Shown piece after piece: positions 1 to 13,192 of a DNA stretch of 64,000 nucleotides. The stretch is from Azolla caroliniana (Eukaryota > Plantae > Polypodiophyta). The first letter of the stretch is position 1; each line of letters opens with the position of its first letter. Made by a program: the position numbers and the translations under genes. The stretch is from the NCBI GenBank assembly GCA_043228905.1, contig JBHGNT010000013.1:17918001-17982000 (forward strand), given 5' to 3'. Under the pieces are notes generated by a model. It was not told the DNA's origin, made no database searches, and saw only the letters and a program-made list of their open reading frames with translations.

Positions 1-119
1 TGCCTACATTTCAGTGTCATTTAGTAAAGTTGTGCGGTTAATGTGATTTGAACCCAGGTGCATGGGTAAATACAAATATGGGTTACCAAATAGGGCACAA
101 CTCCAAGCCTCAGTACAAC

Positions 120-3100
120 TCATGCATATATATTTCCCATAGAAACATAGGTAGCAGCACACTTTTTATCCAACTCTACTGATTGCTCAAAAGCCCATCT
201 CCCAAGCTTCACATTACTCCATTTTCTACAAGAGCCCAATATACTTCGTAATAGAGGAAGATTTTCAGAATAGGGAGCCGTGTCAAGGAAAACATTCAGC
301 TTGTCAAAGCATCCTGCACGGCCAAACAGATCAATCATACATGTATAGTGTTCTTGAGTCGGAATCAAACAGTATTGCGCGCACATTTCATCAAATAAAA
401 TTTCGCCCTCCTTCACTAGACCTGCATGACCACATGCATTCAGCAAAACAACGAATGTAACAATATCTGGCATAACATCTTCGGTTTTCATTCTGTTATA
501 AAGATCTAAAACCATATAAACTTGACCAAACTGGCCATACCCAGCGATCACAGCATTCCAAGACACAACATCATGGATTGGAATGCCCTCAAACACGGCT
601 CGTGCTTTCCTCAATTCTCCACATTTTGAATACATCTCCACCAACGCGTTGCCAAATACGAAATATTTCTCCAATAACCCGTTGTTCCTAACCTCAGCAT
701 TTATATCCATCCCAATCTCTAGAGACCCCACAATGCTACAAGCTTTCAAAATGCAGACATATGTTACCTCATCCGGACAGACATTTATATCTTTCATTTG
801 TTTGAAGCATTTCAATGCCTCATCGCCAAGCCCATTTTGGGTATATCCAGTGATCAGTGCATTCCAAGTAACAATATCCCAAACTGGAAGCTTTTCAAAC
901 ACTTCTTGTGCTTTCTCTAATGCCCCACACTTGCAATACATGTCCAGTACCGCATTGCCAAGAACAACGTCTTTCTCCAATAAATCATGCTTTCTGACCT
1001 CAGCATATATATCTTCCCCAATCTCCAGAGACCCAACAATACCACAAGCTCTCAAAACGGACACATAAGTTACAGAATTGGGAGAGACTCCCCTATCCTT
1101 CATTTGTCTGAAACATATCAAGGCTTCATCACCAAGTCCATTTTGGGCATATCCAGCAATCAGGGCACTCCAAGCCACAACATCCTGTTCCTCAAGCTGA
1201 TTAAATACTTCTCGTGCTTTTGTTAGCATGCCACATTTTGAATACATGTCCACCAATGCATTTCCAATTAAGACATCTTTCTCTAATAATCCTTTCTCTC
1301 TGATCTCAGAAACAATATCTTCCCCAATTTCAAGACACCCCACCATGCCACAAGCTTTCAAAATACTGACATAAGTTACTGCACTTGGAAAAAAACCCGC
1401 ACCTTTCATTTGTTTGAAACATTTTAAGGATTCATCTCCAAAACCATTTTGGGCATATCCAGAAATCAGGGCATTCCATGAGACCACATCACGCATTGGA
1501 AGCCGCTCAAACAATTCCTGAGCTTTTTCAAGTGCACCACACTTGCAATACATATCCACTAATGCGTTGCCAACCATGACATCTTTCTCCAATAACCCTT
1601 GCTTTGTAACCTCAAGGCATATATCTTTTCCAGCCTCCAGAGACCTCAAGATGCCACAAGCTTTCAAAACACTGACATAAGTTATGGCATTTGGACAGAC
1701 TCCTGCATCTTTCATTTGCAAGAAACATTTCAATGCTTTGTCAGCAAGTCCAACTTGGGTATATCCTGCAATCAGGACACTCCATGACACAACAGTTTTT
1801 TCTGGAAGCTCTTCAAAAACTTCTTCTGCTTTCACTAGTGCACCACACCTGGAATACATATCCACCAATGCAGTTCCTAGCATGACATCTTTCTCCAATA
1901 ATCCTTGACGTTTAACCTCAACATGTATATCTTCCCCTATCTCTAGACACCTCATGAAGCCACATGCTTTCAAAACAGAGATGTAAGTTATCGAATTTGG
2001 ATAGAATCCTGCATCTTTCATTCCTCTGAAGCATTTCAGGCATTCATCACTGAGTTGGTTTTGGGCATATCCAGCAATCAAAGTACTCCAAGAGACAATG
2101 TTCTGCTCTGGCAGTTCCTCAAATACTTTCTGTGCTTTTTGCAGTTCACCACACTTGCAATACATGTCCACCAATGCATTGCCGAGCACCACATCTTTCT
2201 CCAATAACCCTTTATTTCTGACTTCAGCATATATATCTTCCCCAATATCTAGAGATCCTTCAATGCCACAGGCTTTCAATATACAGATGTAAGTTACGGA
2301 ATTCGGACATAGCCCTGTAACTTTCATTTGTCTAAAGCATTCCAATGCTTCATGACCAAGTCCATTATGGGAATATCCACCAATCAGCGCATTCCAAGTC
2401 ACAACATTCCGCTCACGAAGCTCCTCAAACACTTTTCGTGCTTTGTCCAAAGCACCACATTTGGCATACATGTCTGCCAATGCAGTACCAAGCACAACAT
2501 CTTTCTCCAATAACCCTTGCTTTCTTACCTCAGCATATATATACTCCCCAATCTCGAGAGACTTCACAATGCCACAAGCTTTCAAAACAGAGGCATAAGT
2601 TACTGGATCAGGAGAAAATCCCTCATTTCGCATTCTTCCAAAGCATTGTAATGCTTCATGGCCGAGCCTATTTTGGGCATATCCACAAATCAAGGCATTC
2701 CAAGACACAACATCCCGCACTGAGAGATGCTCAAATATCTCTCTTGCTTCCTCCAATGCACCACATTTGGCATAAGCTGTGATCAGAGAATTGGCAATAT
2801 AAGCATCTTCTGCAATCAAGTTGTGCTTAACGATTTCCCCATGTATCCTTTGCACCTTTGATATGTCCTTCTCTTTTCGACATAATTTTATCTGATTCAA
2901 AAGCCTAATTCGATGTCCAAACTGAACTTTTCGCAACAGTACATCATCATCACAAACCACCTTCCCAGTGGAATGAGGCAAGCTCGTGTCCTTTAACTTA
3001 TCAATTGCAAATGGTGGATTGGAGACCCAACATGCATCCAACATGGATTCCCTGCTTTGTTTGTGCCTAAGGAAGGGGGGATGTGAAGAAAGCCATAGAG

Positions 3101-3235
3101 GTGCAAGGTTTCCCAGAGGGAGAAACTTTTGACACTTGGAAGTGGGCTTACCTTGTGGTGGTTATCCGAGAAGCTTGATGGGTCTCTGAAGAAGAAGTAG
3201 TAGTTCCATGAGAGCTTGGTGTCTGTGGAAAACAT
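120..3235 (-). CDS. PLS-class PPR protein with E domain, no DYW (PPR-1); main ORF 3044-120, conserved upstream exon 3235-3152
   Basis: 974-aa ORF with 8 near-identical ~102-aa P-L-S units (VVSWNALI / VTYxxxLKAC / ALVDMYxKCG) and an E-type end (EHYTCMIDLFGRAG...KLGRWAFEQS...MGNIYA). The upstream exon MFST...FRDPS...HHK|GTAAG is shared with two paralogs, but the paralogous CAG acceptor is missing here. The C-terminus ends ~25 aa earlier than in PPR-3. Confidence 0.9.
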
Positions 3236-4211
3236 GAAGGGATAGTATGCATTTATGTATGTATGTATGCATGAGAAATGAGAAATTAGTACTGCATAAT
3301 ATGTACAGAGGGAGCCTGCACAAACAGAAAAGAACTTATTTTAAGAGAGATGGATCTGGGCCAGGAGATTGGATGAGGTGAAACTAATTTGAGAGGAATA
3401 GTTTGGTTAAAACAAAAAAGATATGGAAGATTAGGATAAAGTACACAATATAGCCTTAAGCTAGATATAGTCATTTGGAAGTGAGACCTTTGTGCACAAA
3501 TTAGATAAGATAACCACAACAAGAAGTTGTCATCAAATTTACAAGGCATGTCACATTTGATATGTACAATAATGTCCGACTAATTTTAGATAATATGCAT
3601 TCACGCACTTGTTTGCATTCGGAACCTACCCTTGATGTAGTGACAGTTCACCATAGGTTTCATGTATACATCCAAGGGGCTGGTCCTTTCATTCTTGCTC
3701 ATGGAAATGGATGGTGGTCTAAATTTCAAGCATACACATATATAAAAACAAGCATTAGACATAGAAATGCTAACCACACCTCACTTAATCGAAAAATCCA
3801 CACATACAAAATGAGTTATTAGGATTTGGCTAAGTAGGGCTTAACCCTAATCACTCAACTTACTATAGTAAATGATAAAAAACGGAGGGATCGAGCTCTA
3901 GCTTAGGTTACAAGAGGATAGCAAAACTAAACGAAGAAGAAGACGCAACCAAAAAATTGCGTTTATAGCGGTTTTTCACAAAAGGCTTGTCCCATTTTAC
4001 ATTGAGGGGACCATTTTATCTAAATCTCTAGAAGCGAATTTGTTCTATCCCCCCTTTTCCTAGGTGTAAATACTAAGTTTAGTACCCACACAATGTTTAT
4101 GTCTTCATGGGTTGTGCTATATATGACGAATATGTAATACCAATCAACCTTTATCTTCGAGGTTTTCTAAGAAACAATGGTAGTTATTGAATTAGACTTG
4201 AAGTCCTTGTT

Positions 4212-5320
4212 CTATAATTTTTTTGATGGGCATGATATTTTTGTTTGTGGTACCAGGTAAAGACATGCAAGATGTTCTAACGCACTCTTGATGTCCATTA
4301 CCATTGTCAAAAAATACACATTTGCTATATTAAATCGAGTTATTTGTGTCATCACCCATCTCCATATAGTGAACCCAACTAGGTGTAACTCGCAAAACCA
4401 TTCATCAATCATGATGATATGGTTGGATATCCCCGAGTAATGAACCACATGTAGTTGGCCCCACTTGTTCTTGTTGACCTGGAGTTGGCTTTCTAGATCA
4501 CAAGAAATAATTTGCCATGTGCACAAGTCTCAAAGTTGTAGGCATAAATTGTGAGTTGCATCCATCCATGGGTGGCAACCCTCTTCATTTTTCAAAAATG
4601 ACCTCCATGTTGATGCACATATGTGTCTAAAAGTGTGATGGAACCACGGGGATTTGAGAACTAGAAGAATACCTTGGTGTTTGGTCGTTCATCTTTGTTC
4701 GTAGCCTTACCAAGTCTAGGCCTTGTCTTGCTCTTAGTTTCCATCTTGCTGCGAACTTACCTCTGACTCCTACCGAGTCTTTTCTAAATCCTAGCGATTG
4801 TCTCTCATTCCTACCTCTCTTCTTCCTGTTATCTCTCATCTTGATATTGGATCTCTTCTCGCTCCTAGCTCTTGCTTGGCCAATAGGTCTCTTTGCTCCT
4901 AATTCTCCTCTCATTGAGTGAGGTCTCTCCCTTCCTACTCCCTCATTCTAGAGTAGTAATATCCCTTCTTAGGAAGGAATCACATACAAGATGGTATATT
5001 TATTGGATCCCAAAGGTGAAATTCGGCATCCTAATTGTGAACAATGACAAATTTGATATATTCTTTTCCATTATTTTCTTTGTCCCTTCCAATCTAGGCA
5101 ACCCCACAAATGAGCCAATCTTTCTCTTTTATAGCTCAAGGGTGACTATGTTTGGATTAGCATGTATCAAACAAAACATATTACAAAAGCTGATTTATAC
5201 TCAGTTGGGGCTTGATCCTACTCCCTCCACGTTAGTAGGAAAGTGTTTTAATCTACTAAGGTTTTTGATATTTATTTTCAACCACTTCCTTACAAAGAAA
5301 CTTATCCTTCATTAGGATGT
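4212..5320 (-). mobile_element. Highly degenerate LINE remnant (endonuclease-like segment)
   Basis: ORF 4212-4526 has CTW...RWV...FNIANVY, resembling LINE AP-endonuclease motifs; many stops nearby; boundaries uncertain. Confidence 0.35.
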
Positions 5321-5495
5321 CGAAATCCAAGGGTTCTAGTCACTTTCTCCTTGTGACAGGATCATGTCACGATAATGTAGTATGGTTTTGTATAGTACAA
5401 GCACTTTATTATTTTTTCAATGGTTTTTGTTGCTACCTTAGAATCTTCCCTTGTTTCATGGTTTCCCCTTTAGCCATGTGCCCCATGTGTGTTTA

Positions 5496-5931
5496 TGTGC
5501 TTGGTCGTCAATGATCACACAAGGTTTTGTGCCATTTTGCATGCTTCATTTGTGCATTGATTAATCCTTTATTGTCTTCTTCTTTTTTGCCATCGATATG
5601 GGTTTCGGGTAGTGTATTTTAAGACAAACTCTCAAAGTTAGGCTAGAGGTTTCAAGTTTCCCCTACTTATGTCTTATTTGCAAATTGCAAGTGAAATGGA
5701 ATAATGTGCTTGGTCATCAGTGATCACACAAGGTTTTGTGCCATTTTTCATGGTTACGTTGTTCATTGATTAATGTTATATTATCTCCCTCTTTTTCCCG
5801 TTGATAAGGGTTTTGGCTAATGTATTTTAAGGTAAACTTTGTTGGCATAAACCTTATTGTCTCGAACTCTCAAAGTTAGGTTAGAGGTTTCAAGTTTCCC
5901 CTATCTATGTCTTATTGCAAACTGCAAGTGA
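5496..5931. repeat. Diverged direct tandem duplication, ~210 bp unit
   Basis: TGTGCTTGGTC..TGATCACACAAGGTTTTGTGCCATTTT...CTCAAAGTTAGG.TAGAGGTTTCAAGTTTCCCCTA occurs at ~5496 and ~5705. Confidence 0.85.
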
Positions 5932-6603
5932 GGTTAGCTTGCTCTCCATGGTTTAGAGATTCCATACTAATCTAGATTTTATGTATGTATTGTTGAGTTT
6001 TAGGATTTTCCTTCATTATTCTCTTTCCCTCCCAACTAAAGCTCTTTTTGTGCATGTATCATGAACTTTGACCCATTTTTCTTCTAACATTACCGTGACC
6101 ATGAAGGAGGACTTAATGGGTAACGAAATGAACCTTATCTCGACCTAAATTATTGTTATGGTCAAGCACATAATGATAATATTAAGGATTTGATAAGGAA
6201 AAGACATGCTCATTAATTGCCATGATCTTTTCCCATGTCCCATAGTTCACAATAAAAGTCAGAGGTATGTTTGTAAATTGGGAGCTAACAATGCACTTTG
6301 CAAAGAGTGTGTGTGAGAGAGAGAGATGTGACACCCTTTGTACTCGAGAGGGGTGTTGAAGTTTACAAGCTCAATCGCATCCATCAAAATATTATATTAC
6401 ATAAAGCTTGAGTGATTTCAAAATTATATCCAACGGTTATAGAATAGGTTTAGTCGCATTTATAATGGTATTAGAATAGTTTTTTTGTTGTTGTTTCGAT
6501 TTGGAGGCCCGTGGCTATTCCCCAAACGTGTCAAGTCTTAATATTTCATGAAATGGCCTTGGGCTTAACTTAAGAAGCCTCCCCCCCACTAGCTTCACGT
6601 GCT

Positions 6604-6897
6604 ATTCAAGCTATGATGTGGCCCATTCCTCTCCTATTACGCATCCTTAAACTATGTGTTATGTGAGCAATGTAAGTAAGAAGTGTTGGGAAGGATCATC
6701 CAAGGGATAATATATCATGAAGAATCTCAAGGGCTACTCGATTTCAATATTCAAGCTATGATGTGGCCCATTCCTCTCCTGTTTCTGATCCTTAAACTAT
6801 GTGTTATGTGAGCAATGTAAGTAAGAAGTGTTGGGAAGGATCATCCAAGGGATAATAAATATATCATGAAGAAACCTCATGGGCTACTTGATTTCAA
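6604..6897. repeat. Direct tandem duplication, ~145 bp unit
   Basis: ATTCAAGCTATGATGTGGCCCATTCCTCTCCT...GGATCATCCAAGGGATAAT occurs at 6604 and 6749. Confidence 0.9.
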
Positions 6898-9038
6898 AAT
6901 ATGGCAGGCTATATTTGTAGTTTCGGAGAATTTGGGGCCCATGTTTGTCTACTATACAAAGGAGAAGAAAGTCTACAAAAATACATACATACATACATAC
7001 ATATACATATAAATTATAATGATATATGTATGTATTTCCAAGACACTACTGTTTTTCGTATTTAGTCGTGCAACACAGGAAAATAACAGGATCGCGAAGA
7101 AGCCTGCAGATTGTGATTCCAGGTTAGTGTCTGATCTAAGAATGTACTCCTTATTCTTCTGTTTATTTCCTTCTTGAAATTATCGGCTGTTTGATCTTCC
7201 GTAAATTCTAAGTTGCTTGTCTTCAATACATCTTTCTTAGAACGTCCTGCTTTTGGCCAAATCATTGACTTTAATGACGACATTGTGTGAGATATATTTA
7301 GTGTTGGTTGAACTTAGGATCAATTCATACAAATCTAGATATCATCAATCAGGAGACATGAATCAGATCAGAGTTCACCAGAAACCTTTTTTTTTTTCGT
7401 TTTTTCTTTTTCACCAACAAAAGTACTTTCTTTTCAGCTCTTTGTTAGTATGTATATTGTGAAAAAAATAGTTCTATGTAGAGAATCATCGAAATCATAA
7501 CTGCTGTAGATAAAGGCAAAGATTTTTGCAATCGTAAATTTTCATATAAATTTTGTTCCTTTGCCAAAACGTCTGTTCCAAGAAACAATACACAAGCTCA
7601 CAAGAGAAATATGGAGAGTATATGAATCAATCACTCAATAAAGATTTAATTGTAAAATCAGAATCCAAAATCATGGCTCACAATGTTCGATTACAAGATT
7701 TAAGCCATAGTCATGTTTAACATCAATGAATCATGGAGATATTGCTTCATAGTTTTGAAGTTCTACAATGAGATGAGGACTTCCACTGGCTGTTGCTTGG
7801 CAATCGTCAGTACTTCCACTGCTGATGATCCTGTTAATGGTGATGGTGATGGTAATGATGTTGGGGATGCTGGTGAGGTTGATGATGATGATGATTAAGA
7901 GGCCAATGATTGTGGTGGTGGTGGTGATGATGATGAGAGAGACAGTTGCTGAATGGTACTCCTATAATTATTTGCACCGCTTCCTTCCATCCTCATGCTA
8001 ATACTTTTGAGACAAACCTGATTGATTCCCCATTCACTGCTTCTGAGCCCCCCCTTATTTCGCACGTTCCTACGTTTTATCATTAGCTTCTTAAGACGTT
8101 GTTTTCTTTGTTCTATTTCTTTGCTTTGGTCTTGTTCCCACAGCACACACACATTTGTATTGCAATGCATTATATTATCGATAGGAAACAAATCTTGATA
8201 TGAGAAGAAAACTCACTAAAAATGATTACAATGAAGTGATTTACAGGTTATTGTATCATCTACAAACTACAAATATTTAAAAAAGAGGGCATATATACAC
8301 ATCTCACTATCTTTTGAGACATATCCAGAATGTTAAGATTGACGGAAGTGAAAATCTTCCTAGTCTAGAGTGAAAACTTTGATTTATGAGTGGAAAGATT
8401 ATCTGGGATATGTCGATGATCCAAAGATGCTATCATACATCAAATGATGGTTTTCTATTTCCACGTTGACCCTAAGCATCTTTTCGATCATCAAATCAAA
8501 TCCATTGCATTTGATACTGAAAGTGGAGCCGAGATTTTTATTGGGAACTTCTTGTAGGTGTCCATATTTTTGCTCCTTCTACAGTGTACAGTGGCCATGC
8601 GATAGCAGTGGTACTGTGGGCCTTTGTTTACCCATTTCTTTTATTTTTCGCCTACATGAGACTAACATATCATATGCAATGTCTTGTTGAGTATCCACCA
8701 TAGACAATGTTGGGCTCTTGGAGATGTTAACACATCTTTCTCTCGTTATAGCTTTCTACAGCATTGATACTTGAACATTATTGTCTTAGTCAACTAAATT
8801 CTGAACGATATTTAAATCAACATTTGACATATTTCACAAGCATTTTGACCTTCCCAAGCAGTGATTTGAGCGTTAAAAGATGAATGAGAACATTATTAAA
8901 AAACAAGTTTTGGGTCTTCCTGAGCAGCTTCAAAACTGTTCCATAACCAGTGGTATACAAACTGTGACTCTTATGTTCAACTTCCTATTAATTGTTCGGT
9001 AGTCGTTGCAATCATATGTTACTTAGCTGTTTTCAGGC

Positions 9039-10719
9039 ATGGATGGAGAGAAGAATCAAGCCAATTCTAATCAACATGATTCCCAGGTAAAAAAGTTTGT
9101 AAGGTAAGTTTTGTCTACAGCAACAAGACATTTTATGAATTTGCTCATGAAGCAATTCGAAACCTTATATTGTCTTGTAGGTAAATCCTAGCAACAATTG
9201 TTTTAAATTATAAAGTCATTTTATCTACAGATCGATGCTGCGCCTAAATTCCCTGTTCCTGGAAAGCAATTTTCAGAGATAATTCAGGTTCTATATACTT
9301 TCTTGACATTTCTTCTACATTATTAGCTTCTCTGAAGCAATCTTCCAAATTACAATTATGTTTGCAGGGTACAATGACTGAATTTACACTGTGCAGCTAT
9401 GATGATTTCATTTTTGTAAGTTCTCTGATGTAGAAAACCTTATGTTGCCTCCTTTGTGAAATTAATAACAATACAGCAAATTGGGTCTCCAGGTACTGGC
9501 GACACAAGTCTCAAAGCTTGGAACAATGCTAGAAGCAAGGTTAGCCAGTTCCCCTTCTACTTCATGTATGCAGGATCTATACCAATTTACCCATACCCCC
9601 TCTTGAGCATAAAACTTGAAATCCTAAACTAGTCAATTCTAAACCATAGATCCTATAATATTGTGTTCTCCATGGAGCTTGTGTGAGCCAGAAAGTTTGT
9701 TCCAAAAATGGCTTGTTAAAACCCCTGATCTTATTAGTTTGATTCCAAATCCAGTTTTCTTTAATCGATTCTTATTCAATATGAAGGTTTTTGGGGTGTT
9801 CTATTTATTTTATGCTTCCTATGAGACACTTATCGTATGCCAAGTTAGTGATTACTCACTACTGCAAATAATGTTAAAAGCATTGGAGAGTGCATGAATG
9901 GAGAAGAAATTAGTATCCTCGATACAAAGAAATGTCATTTTTTATATTCTGTAAGTGTGAATAACAAGTGTTGATTTTGTGAAGCCTCAATGATGTACAT
10001 GTCAAGGTTAGTTATAATTGTGATTACTAAAAATGTCAACTGTGCGAAGTCCTTGCAAGGTTCACGTAGTCATATGGTTTACTGCAGAAAGGAACAGGCA
10101 TATGGTGCTCAGGCTACATTCAGCGTAAATGTACTTTTGGGCAAACGCGATGAGGTAAGCTTTTGTGCTTTTGTATGTTTCTTTAAGAATATTAATCTAT
10201 TACATATTTGTTATTCCTTTCTTATTTTGGTAGCGTTATCAATACATGTTTTTTCTGTTACTGGGGGATTGATTGGAATTTTGACCAATGTTATGATATT
10301 GTTTCCTTGAACAATAATGTCTATGATGTTTATTTTACAGCCAATGTTGCAAGCCTGTGCAAGACAACTCATTGAACACATCAGGTATGCATTGTCTTGG
10401 AAATAAGAGCTTTTAGTGATATTTCGTTTGTCAAATGAAGATAAAGATCCTCTATGATGGGTGATTGGAGTATGTTATTTCATATGTGTAATTTTCGTTT
10501 TGCAGCAATGCAGGCCAATCAAGACCTTTGTTTCTTTCTCTCGGACTGAAAGATCATTCGTTGGTGAGTCTTACCAAGCAAGCATTTGTTTGACATATTC
10601 TTTTTACTTTTAGCCAAATTCTCTTTATGCCATGGTTTTTCACTGTTGGACCTTGTTATTGGCAACAGGAAACTATGAAGGCAATAATAGAAACAGTTAT
10701 TGCCAACAAGATATGGTGA
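9039..10719 (+). CDS. PAC3: Proteasome assembly chaperone 3 (PAC3/PSMG3 family), 8 coding exons, 139 aa
   Basis: Exons 9039-9086, 9231-9287, 9368-9415, 9493-9539, 10088-10154, 10341-10384, 10506-10563 and 10669-10719 are all GT-AG and phase-consistent. The translation includes FPVP, CSYDD, VLATQ, GTMLEARKE, TFSVNVLLGKRDEPML, ARQLIEHIS, RPLFLSLGLKDHS and VIANKIW*, matching plant PAC3 as I recall it. An acceptor 2 nt before the ATG implies a 5' UTR exon (candidate donor at 7123). Confidence 0.93.
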
Positions 10720-11241
10720 AAGATTCTCCTTTGGGCACTTCATTGGTTGATTGATTTAAGGTTTGGTATCGACGTTATACGCTACACTAGTGTGGTCTAG
10801 ATAACTTGTAATGGTTTATTGTTTTCAATACTTAAATCAAATAGACCAAAAAATTTCAAGGGGTCTACTATCCTTGGTTCACATATCTTATGCGTTTTTT
10901 TTAGTTTGTAAAAAATGTTTTCTTGTGAGGGAAAAGTGATTTCACTTTCTTACACATGTCTTCTCAATTCAATACACATGTCTTCTCAATTCAATGTGTA
11001 TGTTTAACTGAAATCATCCTTGGATAATACCAAAAAGTTGATTTGTATCTTTTTGGTTCCATATTTGCTAATTGGTAGAAGTATGTTTTAGGGAGGTGAA
11101 ACATGATTTTGCATTCATTGCCAAATGGTTCACTAATAGAAATGTTTGAATGTTAGCTTTTTGGCAAGAATTCTGTCAAATTAGGATGTGATTTCAAGCA
11201 TATTTTCTCAAAATCCTCAACAGTGATTCTTATTTAAAGCG

Positions 11242-11794
11242 TCAAAGTGATTTCCCATAATTCTTTACATGCAAATGGTTCATTGATTGATAGAGCACGC
11301 ACAAGAATAAAGGGTCCATGAATATATCATTTAGCCTAATAAGTTGATCTTCTATTAAAAATATATATAAAGGGCTAGTTATGAGTTTTTCATAGCACCT
11401 TTGATGTTGTGCTGCATACACTTTATTACAAGAAGCCTTAAAGCAAACAAAACTACAATGAGACTCAAGAGAGTTCACCTCCATAGTTGTGGTCTCCCAA
11501 CCTAAATTAGAGGATAATGGTACCCCATTATTTGTGGTTAGTGGAATCCCATAAAGGGGCAAGGTTTTAAGAGTATGTGATAAGAGTTGAAGAGAAATAA
11601 ATGGAGGGTTTCCTTGTTAAAGGAAACATAGGAATGGGTTTCTCTACACATGTTATAATGTAAGCAAGGATCACCATAAAGACCATAAGATGCCATAAGA
11701 TTTCTAATATCGGAAAGTCTCGGTGATTCGAAAAGAAGAAGAGATACAAGTAAATGTCAAATTTGATATATTTGATTAGCCCATCAAAGCACAA
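11242..11794 (-). mobile_element. Degenerate LINE reverse transcriptase remnant
   Basis: Weak resemblance to LINE RT (IKFDI...ILEILWHLMVF...IITCV; PLYGIPL resembling YLGIPL). Confidence 0.3.
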
Positions 11795-11937
11795 AAAAAT
11801 GTGGGTGTTGATATATTCATGTACGCATGTATGTACATACGAACGAAATGAGCAACATTTAAAGATAGCCGATAGGCAAAGTTATAATAATTGGGATTTG
11901 AACCCTTGATAGTGGATTCTAGAGCTGATGAATTATA

Positions 11938-12063
11938 GGTTATGAAGGGAAAACTATAATGTGTGATTTAAATGGTCATTGACAACCACAACCCCATGGT
12001 TATGAAGGGAAAACTATAATGTGTGATTTAAATGGTCATTGATAACCACAACCCCATGGTTAT
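11938..12063. repeat. 60-bp tandem duplication
   Basis: GGTTATGAAGGGAAAACTATAATGTGTGATTTAAATGGTCATTGA(C/T)AACCACAACCCCAT x2, one mismatch. Confidence 0.95.
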
Positions 12064-12857
12064 ACTCCATTCATTGAGTTGCAATCAACGGTAACATTAG
12101 GTAGCTCTTTATTGGTTTAACAATGCTCCACATCAACATTGATCATTGTACAATGATGGTGATATGTAGTTTGGTACCCATTGAGCACGCCACATGGAGT
12201 GAGAAATCTAGTGAGGATATGCATTTCAATCATGAGTTCCTTCAATGCATTTTTGGTGAAGCCTTACAAATCACACTAATAAGAACCACGGGTTTAGATT
12301 AGAACATCAAAGCATATTTTATTCTAACACTAAATCTCATAAATCAAAGTCTTCTAAAGAAAAATAGAACATATTACACTTCAAAAAGAAAAACATCATT
12401 TGGCATTTAGATATGAAGTTCAATACACTTCGAAAAGATGTAAGACGAGTTTGTTGATAAATATAACCTCATTTGTTATCAACAGTTACACAATGCTCTG
12501 AAAGGTTGTTCTAGGCATCATCGTTCATAACAATCACATTGTACAAGAATTCTCTCCCTCTATAGTAGTAGCCTTGGAGAATCATTCCATCCTTAAGGTC
12601 GATGCCATCCATTACATCTATCTCTAAAAGAAATTGATGGGAGTCTATAAGGTATAGTTTAGAAGGGAACTGGTAAGTGCTTGATATGCTAACAGTCGAG
12701 CACCATTGTTAGCCTTCCTCGCAAATCAAAGAAGTTTTAAGCGTGTTTCCGAACTTGTGAAAATCCTACAATGCAGCATCGCAAAGGGAATAAAGAGTTA
12801 AGTCTCCTCTAGTGGAAGGAAGTGGGTGAAGCACTAGCATTATAAGCCTCAAAGTAA

Positions 12858-12975
12858 CAATACATACATACATACATACATACATATGTATACATTTCTC
12901 AAGTCCTTTCGTGTTGAATTGCATTGAACTCTCTCTTTTGTTATGTTCTCCATCATACATACATACATACATACA

Positions 12976-13007
<32 letters not shown>

Positions 13008-13092
13008 CATTTCTCAGGTCCTTTGGTGTTGAATTTTGCATTGAACTCTCTCTTCTGTTATGTTCTCCATCATACATACATACAATGATACA

Positions 13093-13125
<33 letters not shown>

Positions 13126-13192
13126 GTATACATTTCTCAAGTCCTTCGGTGTTGAATTGCATTGAACTCTCTGTTCTGTTATGTTCTCCATC
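12858..13192 (+). repeat. Triplicated (ATAC)n + 5' leader unit, each copy ending in ATGTTCTCCATC
   Basis: Three copies of (ATAC)n-TATACATTTCTCA.GTCCTT..GTGTTGAATT..GCATTGAACTCTCT...GTTATGTTCTCCATC; the third ATG starts PPR-2 exon 1. Confidence 0.9.

Noticed and set aside
583-2782. Multiple plus-strand ORFs overlapping PPR-1 (and similar ones opposite PPR-2 and PPR-3)
   Set aside because: Antisense shadows of the repetitive PPR coding sequence; no independent protein features.
7713-8191. ORFs with Ser/Pro/Asp runs
   Set aside because: Derived from GAT/GGT trinucleotide low complexity, interrupted by stops, with no recognisable domain; probably within the PAC3 5' UTR intron.
11892-11905. Isolated antisense B-box GGATTTGAACCC (similar at 46-56)
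   Set aside because: No convincing A-box at the right spacing and no defined element boundaries.
12858-13192. Repeat-spacer appearance suggestive of CRISPR
   Set aside because: The 'spacers' are microsatellite, the context is eukaryotic and no cas genes are present.
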